37,449 nt of DNA from Diploschistes diacapsis. Taxonomy: Eukaryota. A model generated the notes under the pieces. It searched no databases, had not been told where the DNA came from, and saw only the letters and a list, made by a program, of their open reading frames with translations. The stretch's first letter is position 1; each line of letters opens with the position of its first letter. Position numbers and translations under genes: made by a program. The stretch spans positions 1-37,449 of the forward strand of contig JALAIB010000062.1 of the NCBI GenBank assembly GCA_023645945.1, in the 5' to 3' direction. Positions 9,868 through 22,388 of the stretch are shown piece by piece.

Positions 9868-12800
9868 CTAGAGAAACCCCTGTAGTCGAGGCTTTTTGAC
9901 CTTCTTGCTTTGCGTGGAAACTTGGCTACTGCCAATTGCCATTGGATTGAGCAGAGTCTCTTGGGAGTAGGTGTCTTTCATTACTGTCACGTAGGGAATT
10001 GATGGGGAGGATGTTCTGATAGTTGCACCAACGTCTGCCACCAAATCATGTGGTGAAGATTCTGAGGGACGAGCGTTCGCTGTCCGTCTCTTTCTTCTCT
10101 TTTTCCCCGCATGGCTCCTGCCCTCAGAGATCTTGCCGTCCCTTGTAAGGGGCCAACGGAAGCCCACAGGACTTTTCTCTACCTGCCATTCTCCCACTAT
10201 TTTACCAAGGGCACTTGAAAGTGGAGCTCGGTCTTTTAAAGTGCAGTACTTCCGAATTGAATGTCCAGGCTCCCAAGAACCGGCTTCACGGGGCTGATCA
10301 AGAGCCTTTGTTTGCTGAGATGATGGGATTGGGGTGGGTGGAAGATCCTGTGAAGACGAGGTAATGGATATCTGAGGCAACCTAAGTAGCGAAGGTGAAG
10401 GGAGCGAAGATGATGGCAGCCACCCGTTCTCGGTTGGTTGATAAGATCCTCTCTTTTCACGCACTGGCAAAGTAACTTCTGACGCTGGAGAATTTATAGT
10501 TACCTTTTTACTTTCAGCAGAAGCCTTCGAGGCTGGTTGAACCCCATGAGACGCCATGAACAGCTGCATCGATATTCGTCGGACAATTCTCTCTTGCCAT
10601 ACCCTTTGTCTGGGGGTAGCGTCCCTTGCTAAAGAGCGAATCCATTTCTCTAACAGGTCTTCATAGATGGGTATAAGAAGAGCAGTGATCTCATCTTCGC
10701 CTGCATTTTGGAAAGACTTCAAGGTCTCTGCAGTCGAAAGGGATAGCGTTTTCAGCTGCTGGATGATATCTAGGCCGTCAGCTTCATCTTGGTTGACTTT
10801 GGTTGAGAACTCCTCGATGGCATTCAGCAGGCCATGGCTGAGATCTGATACTTTGCCAATCTCATCGATGGGAAGCTCAAATGCAAGGAATTCGGCTCTG
10901 CACGAGTCAGTCATGCGTGTTGCGGACGGTCAGGGAAAACACATGTACAAAGTATGGACCCCTGCCTGCATGTCCTCCCTATCTTTTAGGATGCTCTCGA
11001 CCACTTCTTCGAAAGACCCGAGCGATCTTACATCCACAAAGCTTTTGACGATCCCCCGCGCAATCTCATCCGAGAGCCACTCAAGGGCCGCGTATCGTGA
11101 GCGGGTTGCAGTCTCTTTACGGCTAGCAGCCAGAGGGTTTCCCAACTCATAGACTTTTGAAAGTACATGGTCGTCATAAAGGGACTGTTCGTCGGGTACA
11201 ATGAAATAAGCTTCCTCGACGGTAGCCTGAGTCTTCCCCTTCCGCACATTTTTACCACTGCGAAGGTGGCACAATGCGAACTCATTGCCCTCTTTAAACT
11301 TCGAAGCTTCAGCACAGATCACGGAATCGGTGACCAAATCCTGCTTTATGTAGAAAAGCTGTGTCAAACGCGGAATGTCCGACACTACTGTGCTGTCAGA
11401 CCCGCTATCATCTGTCAGCGACCGGGACTTCACCACGGGGCTTGCAGCAATAGAGAAAAGGGACTCTGTCACCCCTCCATCGCTTAAGACTGGCCTTGCC
11501 TGTGCCAAGCCAATCTGATATGGATCGGATACGCAGCCTTGAGTGAGAGCGTCGGGGTCGTGGTACACTGTAAAAGCAACTGTGAATGCAGAGTTCCGAC
11601 TATAGATAAACAATGTAGACTCTGTAGAAACATTAAAACGTGCTACACCATAAAGCTTAGGAACATACTCATATCTCCGTCAATAATGATTAGGCGCATG
11701 CTGTAATCTACAGCGGTTCGATAATGGGAGAATGAAAGGACGATACGAGCATCCAGCTCTGGCCCTAGAGCTAGCTTCTGGTCTTCAACCTTGCGGATGT
11801 GAAGCCATACTATGCGTGACGAAGTTAGGACATAGATATTGGCTGGGTGCTGCTGATCTCTCTTGATATCAAGGATCCAGTCGGTTTCAGAAGTACCTAG
11901 GACGTTGGGAACCTCCATCGACACGAAGCTCTCGCTCTGGAGAACCAATGCCTTAAGTGTTCGACGAGTAGATGCAACAAGTACACTATCGTCAACAGCC
12001 CAAATGACTGCCGCCCACCCGTCACATTGGATGGCCTTGAGCTCTCCTCCATCGGTGCGATCTCCAACCAGAGTCGATGGACCTTCCTCCAGCTCCCATA
12101 TTCGGCGCCCCCCGATGGGTTTTACAAGCGTGAACGTCTTTACAAAGCCTGCCATATCAATAATCGCGAATTGATTTGGACACTGTGGATTGAATGATAC
12201 GTCAGCATGAAGAGTTCCTCCTGTTGCGTCAACTGAGATTTCTAGGAGAAAGTTGGGATCCAGGCGAGAAGGAGAAAGTTCTCGAGGATTCTCGAGAGCT
12301 TTCGATCTCGGACCTGAGCTGGGACGCACTCGACTACGCCTGTATGCTGGGCGTAGGATGGTTGTCCCATACAGCCTCCTTACGGCGAGAAATCCTCCCG
12401 ATTGGGGGTTGAAAGCGGAGAAACACAGCTGCTGAATCGGAGTGTGACTTTCAAAATGCCAGCCTTGTTGCTCCGCGTCAATAGAATAAGCAAGGAATTC
12501 AGTGTCTTTGTATGCCTTGCATGCGTAAACTTCGGACTGGAAAAGTGCGAGTCGAACGGCATCTCGTGCTAACCCGCTTATGCTGGCGACTATGTCCACT
12601 TGCCTTGCATCGCCTGCTCTCGTCTCGTAGTCACCAGCGTAGCCTACAGCAAGTAGATCAGAAGTAAAGGGGTCGGGGCCAGCGGCGATGCTTTCGATAG
12701 CTTTCGATATTTGATATTCAGATCCTATGAGAGGTGCTGCCGGCACTAGCTCAGGGTTGGATCTGAGAAGTTTCTTAATGTTCTTGTTGCGGTCTTTGCT

Positions 12801-13041
12801 CGAAGCAGACTCCAAGGCCAAGACCGATGCTGTTCCACGAGCAAAAGGAGCACTGGATGAACGCCATAATATGTGAAGTCTTCCGTCTACACAGGTAAAT
12901 CATAAGCACACGGTAGAACAGTTAAGAGAGGTACAAACTATGACCAGGTCTTCTCTCAAATCGCCATGCCTGCCTACTGGTGTCATACCGCGCCTGACCA
13001 AGGTTGCCGTAAGAGACGTCTTCGAGATGCCCAGAGTCCAT
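9868..13041 (-). CDS. RRN6: RNA polymerase I core-factor subunit Rrn6-like (beta-propeller plus helical region)
   Basis: Start MDSGHLEDVSYGNLGQARYD...WRF. Contains PIQQLCFS, FLAVR, TGGTLHADVSFNP..QFAIID.G, WILDIKR...VLTSSRIVW and a basic C-terminus KKPRLQGF, matching fungal Rrn6 as recalled. Three introns link the ORFs. Confidence 0.8.
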
Positions 13042-13455
13042 CGAGCTTTAGGCGCGTCCGAACTCTCTTCTTGCAACTAAGTTGAGAGTAAATATTCATT
13101 GTAGGAACGTGCTTCTTGTACGATTCCGGAAAATCTTGGGCAACATTCAAAAGGTCTTAAAGAGGAGGCGTTGTAGGTCTGTCATGTTCAGAAGAGTATA
13201 TCTCACAACGAAACTAGCTGCATCCAGAATTTTTTTATCATTTTTGTGCATCAAATCATCAACATAAACACACATCCGATGGAAGTTTTTTTTTATTTCA
13301 TAGAGTCGTGCTTTGGGAAATCCAAAAAATGATTCTCATATCGATTTAATGTAAATATCTGAAGCGTTGCTCAACCGAGTATCATCTGGTTATACTATCC
13401 AGCAGATCTTATCTGCACCAGATATTGAAAGTAAAAATTGATAGCACTTGATCTT

Positions 13456-14660
13456 CTAGATGGATATATACGTTCTATTGATGTTTTTGGTCACTTCCCA
13501 AGTCTCAAGTTCGTGTTTTGTCACGTCGTCAAACTTGTCCCTAGCCGTTTCCAGCTCATAGTCGTATTCTGGTTGAAATTCCCAGTAAAGCGAATCCTTC
13601 AAGATACATCAGAGTTGACATTCTTGGTAAAGCGCAATTTTGAAGCACCAGAAGACTTACACTGCGACTTTCCATTCGGAAGTTGAACTTAGCCTCCCTA
13701 TCGCCAATCACTATCGGCTTGATTCCGGCCTTCGCTAGATCCAGCTGGATTCGACAGCTTTTATCCAGCAATCCAAACAAGTAGCCTGCTTCGTCCACCG
13801 TATCGCCCACAGTCAATAGCCCGTGGTTCGCTAAGATCGCGCCCTTGCCTTTCGGACCAAGAGCCTTAGCAATGGCCTCGCCTTCGCCCATAGCGGATCC
13901 GAGAACGACGCCACCATAGTCAGCATACAATGCCTGCGCCTCGCCGTAGAACTTGCATACGTCTTGGTCGATCATTTGCAAGCGCCGGCCAGTGGCGCTC
14001 CAAGCCTTACCGGCCAGTGTATGCGCGTGGCAGGCGGCATTGACATGCGGATGGGTACGATGGATAGCGCTGTGGATGGCCCAGCCTATATTGTGTTCAG
14101 ACCTTGATCATATGGTCTGGATATGCTGGGCGACATTTGACCGCTGAGCTTACCTGCCTTGTTTGCAGGACGGTTACGACGATTACCGGCGAGAATCATC
14201 TCCGGTATACTAGGGTGCGGATCGTCCGACAGCAGGAGCATATCCGATGCCCTGATCATGTCAAAGTGGACGGCAAGCGGATTCATCCAGAAGAGACTCG
14301 GAAATTCAGGGTCACGGACCTAGTCTTGATAAGTAGCTGTGACGTTTCGCCAGGACAGTAAGTGCTACTGAGATGTGTCCCGAAAGCCCTTCAGTGAATC
14401 CATGGCGAGCCCAGTATCGGAAAACCGCAGCAGTATGCGTCAAAGCCCAAGCCCGATGTGCGGCGAAAGAAGGATGTTTCGGCACTGATTGAGATCAACA
14501 CAACCCTCATGGCCGCTGGTGGAACAATACTGGTGAGTTTCACAGGGCCATAGCAAATGCTTGCAACAGACTCCTCATTGTTAGCTTCAAGAACGTCAAC
14601 GGTTGACTTCACGATACACTCCGATGTGGGTAAATGGGGGGGGATAGCAGAGGGAGCCAT
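13456..14660 (-). CDS. Class II aldolase/adducin N-terminal domain protein (Mug14-like)
   Basis: Spliced product has [52 protein letters not shown] and [17 protein letters not shown] (HxH and NHG metal ligands), ending [13 protein letters not shown]...ISI*. Four introns. Confidence 0.9.
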
Positions 14661-15341
14661 TGTTTTATTGGGAAGAGAGAACAATAAATTCGTCTAGTAG
14701 CAGAAGAAGGGTATGAACAGAAGTATAGTAAGTTTCTGATACAGGTCTTGAGGCCCTCGTAGACGCATGCAGGTGCTTTTCTGGTAATATGGAGTGAGAA
14801 TCGCAGAGCAGGGATCAAGTTGATATAGTGATGGCTTCGTCAAGGCCTCAACTCAGAGAACCCCGCAAATATTTTGAAATGTTGGCTGAAAGTCTTAACG
14901 TACCAGGAAGGCGATTCTAATAAAGATTTTGCAAACCAAATACCTCTTCCATCATAATATGTCACACAAGATCTCTTGAAATGCTTCAGCTCAATTATAT
15001 AACAATTCCAAGATACGTGAAGATGCCCAGAACTTTTGGTTTCTAATTGATCTGAAGCAGCATCTCTAGATCTCTAGTGAGGGTATAATATGGTGGAAAA
15101 GGTGTTTGCTGTGCAAACTGTTATTAATATCTCCTGTCCGACGTTGAACAAGCGTGCTTAAGACGTTGTTATAAGCAAGCAATGCGTTAACAACCCGGAA
15201 TAGAGACCAAAACCCCCCAAAGGCTATACAATGAGATATCTTAATATGCGATATCTAGTACAGAACTCCGACTTCACATCAAGGAGCTGAGTATTTGAGG
15301 GTGATAAACTTTGACAATGGGGCGCACTAGGGCTGTCGATA

Positions 15342-16129
15342 TCACTTTCCGCTCTGTGCTGCGACTTGCCCAACTTTTGGAGCCCGATTCCCAACGTTCC
15401 AACCCCAGCCTCTGAGTGTCCTCACCACTCGAGGGGTGACAGCCACTGTGAGCGGAACCCGTAGGAAAATGAAGGATTTGTGCAGTGCATACGCAATAAC
15501 AGCTTGTGTCCACAAGCCTTTACCGGGGAGTATCAGCCCATGAAATCTGCAGGTGCTTGACTCAACTTACTTGCTCCTTCTTTTTTTCCCACACTCCCTG
15601 AAGCCGAGGTCTTGGGGTCGCTGTTCGTAGATGCTACCCCCACCTCTTCGCCCTCCACTGTCTGCTTTTGCCATGGCCACCTTATCCGAGGAAGTTCAAA
15701 CGGTAGCGTAGCGTTGATCCATTCCAAGACCGCATGTTCGTAGTGTCCGATTCTCTCCGCGCCGATTGAGCGGACTGCGAGGAAGAAGAAAGGATAGTCT
15801 AGGATCGAGAGGGCGAAATAGGTTCCTACAGCTGCCCAGCCGTATTTTCGCGAAAGATCTTTGAACCTTTGCGACCAGGACTTGTTGGATTCGTCGGGAA
15901 CGCTTTGTTTAGGCGAGGGCGTTTTCGGGAACTCGGTTTGTGCAGAATACTGCCGCCGGCGGAGAAGCAGATGTTTCGCAGACTGGTGGTCTTTATGCCT
16001 GGCGAAAAGCCCAAGGAATGGCGAGTTTTGTCGTCGTCGTGCAGATGAGCTATAGCTTTTAGAGGCGGTGCGAATGGAAGTGCCGGATGCAAGGCTAGTG
16101 ACCCGCTGAAGACCGCGCAGGGCGATCAT
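15342..16129 (-). CDS. NAT2: DUF1279/FAM210-family mitochondrial protein (yeast Nat2-like)
   Basis: Arg/Ser-rich presequence, then RFKDLSRKYGWAAVGTYFALSILDYPFFFLAVR. After intron 15518-15570: LWTQAVIAYALHKSFIFLRVPLTVAVTPRVVRTLRGWGWNVG. Confidence 0.85.
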
Positions 16130-16442
16130 AATATTGTTATTGGAACTGATGTCGAAGCTTACTAGAATAGATTAATACACAATAATCAGACAGTCGATCG
16201 AATAAGGGAAGCCCATGGGCCTCACTGTCGGAGTTTCAGTACGTAGTAGTAGACAAAAAAATTCCGACCCATAACGTCTTAACTCCGATCGATCTATCTA
16301 TCCATCGGACGAAACTCCTTTCTTCGCTCCGTGTCCGAAGGCAAGATATTGGGTGTCTTGAAAGCAGTATCCATTATTATTGCAATTTTTTTGCGGACTA
16401 CAAAGAATACGTATATTCGAGAAGCTAAAACTGATAAAAATA

Positions 16443-17687
16443 TTAAAGTCGTCTAATCGCAACACTGCTCAGCCTACATCGGACGCCTCGCCTCAAGCAT
16501 TTTACAACCGTGATCTGAATTAGAAAATAATGCTCTGCCGCCAAGGGTCTCGTTCGCTTCTTTCATATCTCATCCTTCCTAAAGACTTTGGTCTGCTTCC
16601 TCCTTATACACACCGTTTCCGTCGCCGCGGCCGTACCACCAGTTCGGCATCCTCCTGCGCAGCTGAGAATAGTCTTGGTGGCCTCTACGACGCTGGTGAC
16701 GGGGTAAGTTAAGCCGCCGGAGGTGACGGTTTGGACTTCGGTGCTCTCGAAGCTTGACACTATGGTCGACGTGCTTTGAACACCGTTGGTAGACCGGGAC
16801 GGCGGAAGCATAGTAGGTGGGGCGCTGCCGTAGGAGGTAGTTACTCCAGTAGATGCTGATACGCTCGTCACGGCGGATGCAGAGCCGCCGATCGTGGTAG
16901 TGTAAATTTCTGAGATATATATAGTCGTCGTCAGGACCGTGGGAGCATTTCCAAAAGAGATAACGCTCGCTGCCTTCGTGTTCGAGGCGATGGAGATTGT
17001 GGGGCCAACAGGTCCAGAGCCCAGAGTTGTGGCAACGGTGGCACTGAAGGGCAACAGGGAAACAGATGTTACAGGCTCAACGTCTCCAAGGATATTCAGT
17101 TGCACGTTCGCACAGTCGACGATGTCGCCCGGTAAGTTGAAGTAGCAAGTACAGTATGCATATGCTTGTAGCCTAGCTCTTCGTTAATCTAGGCCTACCG
17201 AAACTCGAGTATTACATACGTGAAATCTGTGCATCCGAGGTAACCTTGACCAGCGTCGGAGCATGCTGTAGCTGCGTCGTTCGGATGGCCAGCCTGGCAA
17301 CTTTGGTAGAGATTGTAGTAGTGTTGACAAACGCTAGTTGCAGACATATTGGCATAAGTGTTACTAAACTCGTCAGGAGAAGCTCGTTTATCAGCAAAGC
17401 GGGAAACATACAGCTGGTTGTAACATGTTTCGATGCTATTCTGGGGATTTTGATCGCAAGCGGAAAGGAAGATCTGGCATATTAGCGAACCGGGGCCACC
17501 AAAGGATTCAGCCTATTACTTCAGTCTGATTTGGATGCGGGGATGCTTGAGCACATGCTCTCGGCTCGATGACTCGAGCTTCGAGCCCGTTCAACTTTGC
17601 AAGAAGCCCAGGCCTCTCTATGAACTCCGACGCGTAGCAGCCAGCCGCGCAGACTGTAGCTGCTAGAAAGCCTTTGACGATCATCAT
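16443..17687 (-). CDS. Putative secreted protein: Cys-rich N-terminal domain and Ser/Thr-rich stalk
   Basis: Signal-like MMIVKGFLAATVCAAGCYA. Spliced exons read IFLSACDQNPQNSIETCYNQL...VCQHYYNLYQSCQAGHPNDAATACSDAGQGYLGCTDFTLQAYAYCTCYFNLPGDIVDCANV into the S/T-rich ORF 16563-17105. The 3' end is uncertain: stop at 16563 if unspliced, 16443 if a last intron is used. Confidence 0.65.
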
Positions 17688-18602
17688 GCAAGGGATACGA
17701 CAGTGCCAATCCTTGGATACGGGAGCACACAAAGTGACAGATGTCGAGGGCTGGTTGAGTTCGAGGAGATGATGGAAACCGAAAGAAATACAAGAAATCA
17801 GAAAGGAGATGGATTTTTCAAGCTCGTAATGATCAAACCAAGAATGAATACATGTAGGAGATGAAATACTCGCCCTTGAAGCTGCCCACAACAGAGTACA
17901 TTCCATTCCCACATGATGGAATGCCAGACACGACCGCACACACGACCGATGCTTGTTTCCGGCGCATTAAGCGAGGTTATCAGTCTCGTATCAACAGACA
18001 TTTGTGGTTAAATAAATCTTGGTGTTGTGGTATTCGGAATTCTGGAAGGGAGTTCGAGAGTTGCGGTAGCTTGATTGAAGGCTTGTGGCTACCCCAATCC
18101 GCCGAGCTTTTCATGTCACGCCCGATGCGATTCTGTAAACTTGTATGTGCCGCCGCTTGCAGCAACGCCTTACCAGCTCAAACCACAGTTTTCACTTCAC
18201 GCCCCTCTCAGCTTGATACAGATGTTGGGCATTTGGGCCAAAGTAAGCTCCCATGCTAAAATCAGCATACTAGGACTGGAATATCTGATTAAATTAATCT
18301 TTCAAAGATAATGGGTGACTCCGACCTTCCCCAAGCCCTACGCCAACACAAGAAAGGAAAGCCCCTTCTTCAACAGAGACAGAAGGATTGAAAGACACTT
18401 CGACAAGTGAATAAGAAAATTTGAAGCACAGAAGTAAGCCTGGTATCCTGGACGACAATCGCACAGCCGAACACGTATCATCATGTAAACAAGGGCGTAA
18501 CAGGAAAAACTACAGTCATTCAGTAAGCGCTGCGTCATATCAGGGCGAGATGATCACCGTACTAACAACAAGCAGCCACGTAGGCTATGAGATTTCCAAA
18601 TT

Positions 18603-18893
18603 TCATGGACCATTAACGCCAGTGTGGTGGTTCCAGTATCGAGCAGTCGCTTTCTTCGCGATTTCATTGTTCCTCCCGTGAGAATATCGAGATCTGAAAT
18701 AGTTGAACAGGGGAAATTCCTCCGAGCTCATAATGTAGGAATCTGAATTGGCTGCGATGCGTTGCCATAGCTCTACCATTGCATTGTTGACGATAGCCAC
18801 ATCTTGAGGGTCGGCCTGTCCAGAGTCACTATTTCGGACTCTTTCCAGAGTTCGTAGAATACTGCCCCAAGAGCTTCGGGACATTATTGGCAT
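18603..18893 (-). CDS. Small hypothetical protein (96 aa), probably a conserved Pezizomycotina family
   Basis: Single ORF with a non-repetitive helical pattern (ELWQRIAANSDSYIMSSEEFPLFNYFRSRY...ATARYW) that resembles small uncharacterised fungal proteins from memory. Not verified by search. Confidence 0.6.
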   Translation of the reverse strand: MPIMSRSSWGSILRTLERVRNSDSGQADPQDVAIVNNAMVELWQRIAANSDSYIMSSEEFPLFNYFRSRYSHGRNNEIAKKATARYWNHHTGVNGP

Positions 18894-19699
18894 TTTTGGA
18901 TGGACAATTTCGGGATTGCACTTGAGCTGTTTGTATCCGACTTGGGACGTGAAGACATATAAGCCTACTGCAACTTTGGGTTTTCCACTGGACTTGGGAG
19001 ACTCTTATTGCATTCATCACACAAGAGGCAATGACTGCTCGAAGCCAGAATTCGGGGACTCAGCGTTGCCCTTTGCCTCAATGCACATCAAGTCGAATTA
19101 TCGATACAGTCAGCCTGGATGAACCCTGCACTGATAGCTAAAGCGCACCTATTCCACGTTAGCCCAGTCCTCTATGTGATGGGCAATTTTACCGAAAATT
19201 CTCGGATGCAACTTGACCACCGGCTGAAAGGCGATGCTTTTGAACAGAGACAACTGTTGGATATATATCCTAATCCACTTTATCTATCTACCGCCTCCAT
19301 TTGCAAATTTTTTCGGAATGACCCAAAGGCAATAAGGCAAACCATACCAGTATCAAATTCGAACGGTTTCAAAGGTTAATCCGAGCCACTTGTCTAAGCT
19401 TTCTGAGGTGAGGGCTTCCTTCGTTTTAGTACCGAACTCCCATCCATCCAACCCACCTAACTTGCGAACATGCTGGCATCCCCGAAAGCTTAAACCCTAC
19501 TTTGGTGGTGGGATATGTTGGCTGTGTGATCAGTGAAGCGTCTCACACGCCAATGATTGCACAAAAGCCGACACATATCACCCTTTTAAGCTCACTTGTA
19601 TGTCTCGCTCTAACAAAGGTTGAATGCTAATTGCAGACGAGTATCGCCGTTGACATGGTCTAGGACAAGCTAGCGTACATAACCCACCTTCGCAAAAGC

Positions 19700-21650
19700 T
19701 AGATGGACTAAACTTCGAGGGACAATTTCTAAGAGTCAGAAGACCCAGGCTTGTTTGGTTTCACGAATTGACCGTCAAGTAAAGCAATGGGAACTAGAAG
19801 CGGATGCCGTCAAGCTCTTTCTGGCGACTCCAAGGCTAGGAAGGCGGCTTCTGAGGAATGTGGCGTTCTCCGGTCTAGAACAAGCTCTAGAACTTCTCGA
19901 ATAAGGTCGGAGAGGAGACTATCTTCGGCTTCGAAACTTTATGAAAGGTCGTACAACTTGGGCCAACTCCAGCGGGTATTGCGTCGAACAGGCATGTCAG
20001 ACTTTCTAAAATTCTTTGTAATACGGAGGTACTAGCGGAGCTAGTGCGGAAGCATGCTTGTTGGATGTGATGTGAAAGCCAAAGCTTGCATGTCTTGGAT
20101 TCCAAGTCTTATCACTGGGCGCCTCTGGTCTCTAACCGGCATCAGGAATATAAAAAAGCAATCTCAAACAATGATGGAAAGGCCTGCATGCTGAAGACCT
20201 CCGAGGAACTGCATGGGTGTCATTGCACGCAGATCCTTGCATATCAATTGACTCAAAACTCGCTATTGCCGGTAAAAGGATCGCCGTTCTCTCTTTACGT
20301 GCAGCTAGCCGTTGAATCTTTGCATGGTCCCCACGAGATCCATGCTTTACTGCTGTCTTTATTTTGCACTGGCATGCGGTTTGGGTCACCCAAGCCAGAA
20401 TAGGTTTGATATTTCAAGTAATCTGACAAAAATTGGCCAACGATAACGACACCACACACCAGGAATATTGTATATTTGTTTTTCTTGCGAATGATGCACA
20501 AGCTACCTCCTATAGCGCTCAAATAGCTCTGTGCTAACTTTTATCGCGCGTTCAAACATCCAGTCTGCAATGCAACGAAAGCGGACCACGCCTGTGGGAC
20601 AAGTCTCGCTCTATGCTCAACACCAATTGATATTTCCCATATAGGCCAATGGGTCGATCGCTTTGCGAACGTTCTCCCTATCACATCTCTTTTTATGTCT
20701 CGAAAAAGCTTTCGAGATAACCCACAGTACTTGTCGGTTGCTTGCCCCGGATGTGCAGCAGCCAACCGAATCAGTTGCGGGGACACAATCTGCCTTAAGG
20801 AAAGGTCCGTCCGTCAGTAGCTCGTCCCTCTCCGAGTTGGATTACTTGGGAATGTAACCTAGGCGACCGTTGGTATTTGCGTTGCATCTCCAGGTCAAAA
20901 CGCCATGGTTCGCGTTGACTTGGACCACGACCATCCCTATACCTCCAGGACAGGTAGCAAGAAGCTTCATTCCCTTATCACGATAGAGCCTCGGACACCA
21001 TCTTCTTCGGCAAAATGCTCCTAGAATGGCAATCCGCTGGCCTTTATGGCTCGAAAGTCGTGGTTGTCAACCCTCTGTACGATAGAATCCCGGACTAGAA
21101 TACTTTTTTACTTCGGCATTGTTTGCGTGTGCTCTATGCGCTTCAAACTCTGGACGGTACACGACAGGTGCATTGTGCTGATCACGGGCCTGTTAAATTT
21201 AGCTCGCTTCGCTGCATACTGAGCGGCACCATACGCATGCGCTTCATCGAGCTCGATAAGCACACCGCTATCAGCCGTTGCTTTGCGCGGCCTGAGATCA
21301 AAGTGGCAGTCCTAGAAAAGCAACCTGGCAGGCTCCCCCATCGTTGGGTACTCCCTTTACGCCAAAGGCATTTCTTAATATCATTCGAGCCTCGACAGTA
21401 GTCGCGGTCAAGGCATGGGGCACTGTAAAGACACGGTAACATTTTTTTTTTTCGCTCCGCTGACTGAAACCTACCTTATTCCATGCCGCCTGGTCTGATA
21501 TCCGCGCGAATCGTGGCTGCGGCTCGTTGTGGGGGGCGCAGATAGTGACACAGCAAACCAGCGTCTTCACTCCCACCTTCTGGGTCGTTTGCTTGATTCG
21601 ATTTGGCAGTTGAATTTCAGGAAATTCCAGCCTTCGCAAACATTCCGAGG
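19700..21650 (-). pseudogene. Possible decayed protein-coding gene
   Basis: Minus-strand frames read protein-like through scattered stops, e.g. SFEAEDSLLSDLIREVLELVLDRR...ERA*RHPLLVPIALLDGQ and ILVRDSIVQRVDNHDFRAIKASGLPF*EHFAEEDG. No family recognised. Confidence 0.22.
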
Positions 21651-22388
21651 TGCAACTCAGAGAATTCTGGGGTCATGGCACTAACATTTTTCTTTTCAAT
21701 TCGAAAGCCCCTTTTCTCCTTTCCCAAGGCTCAAGAGTGGACGCCATGACAAAATGGCTCGGGCTTCTCTCCGTATATATGATTACGTTACGCTTTACTC
21801 TACTAGTGTGGCCGAGCCGACAGTGTTTCATTTCGTAGTTCCTCGGTTCAGTAGCTGGCAACCCGAATTTGGTGCCCATATGTTGTTCTGGGTTCAGTAA
21901 TCTGCTCCCCTCAGGTAGATCTGGGTATTCAAATTAGACTGAGGTATAGCTTGCCAAGTTCTTGGTTGACTGTTTGACTGACGATGACGTGGAACCCTCT
22001 TGATTTGGGCAACTCAGTAGTTGGTAAGGGCAATTTCCCAGTCGAAGAAGTATCGAGTAGTAAACCTATCCTGCCCCGTTTGCGTGGGATATGTGGGCTC
22101 ATTGATTTTCTCGTTTATGCTGATTCATTCCAGCAAACCCAACCCCCCCCCTTCTTCTTTTAACATCTACAAAATTCTCTTTTCTTCTTTCACCCCTACA
22201 GGTCTTTGTTGACCTTTTCATGTTCGTTGACTTGATGCGCTCGGCGTTGATCATGAGCATCTTAGGGAAATGAGAGGATCTGTCCAATGCTTGATCCCAA
22301 GGAATGGTGACAATAGGGAAAATATTGGGTGCTTTGTGGTGAGCCGGAGGGCAACTGCAGCGCTAATGGTGGCCAGTGCTGGAGGACT

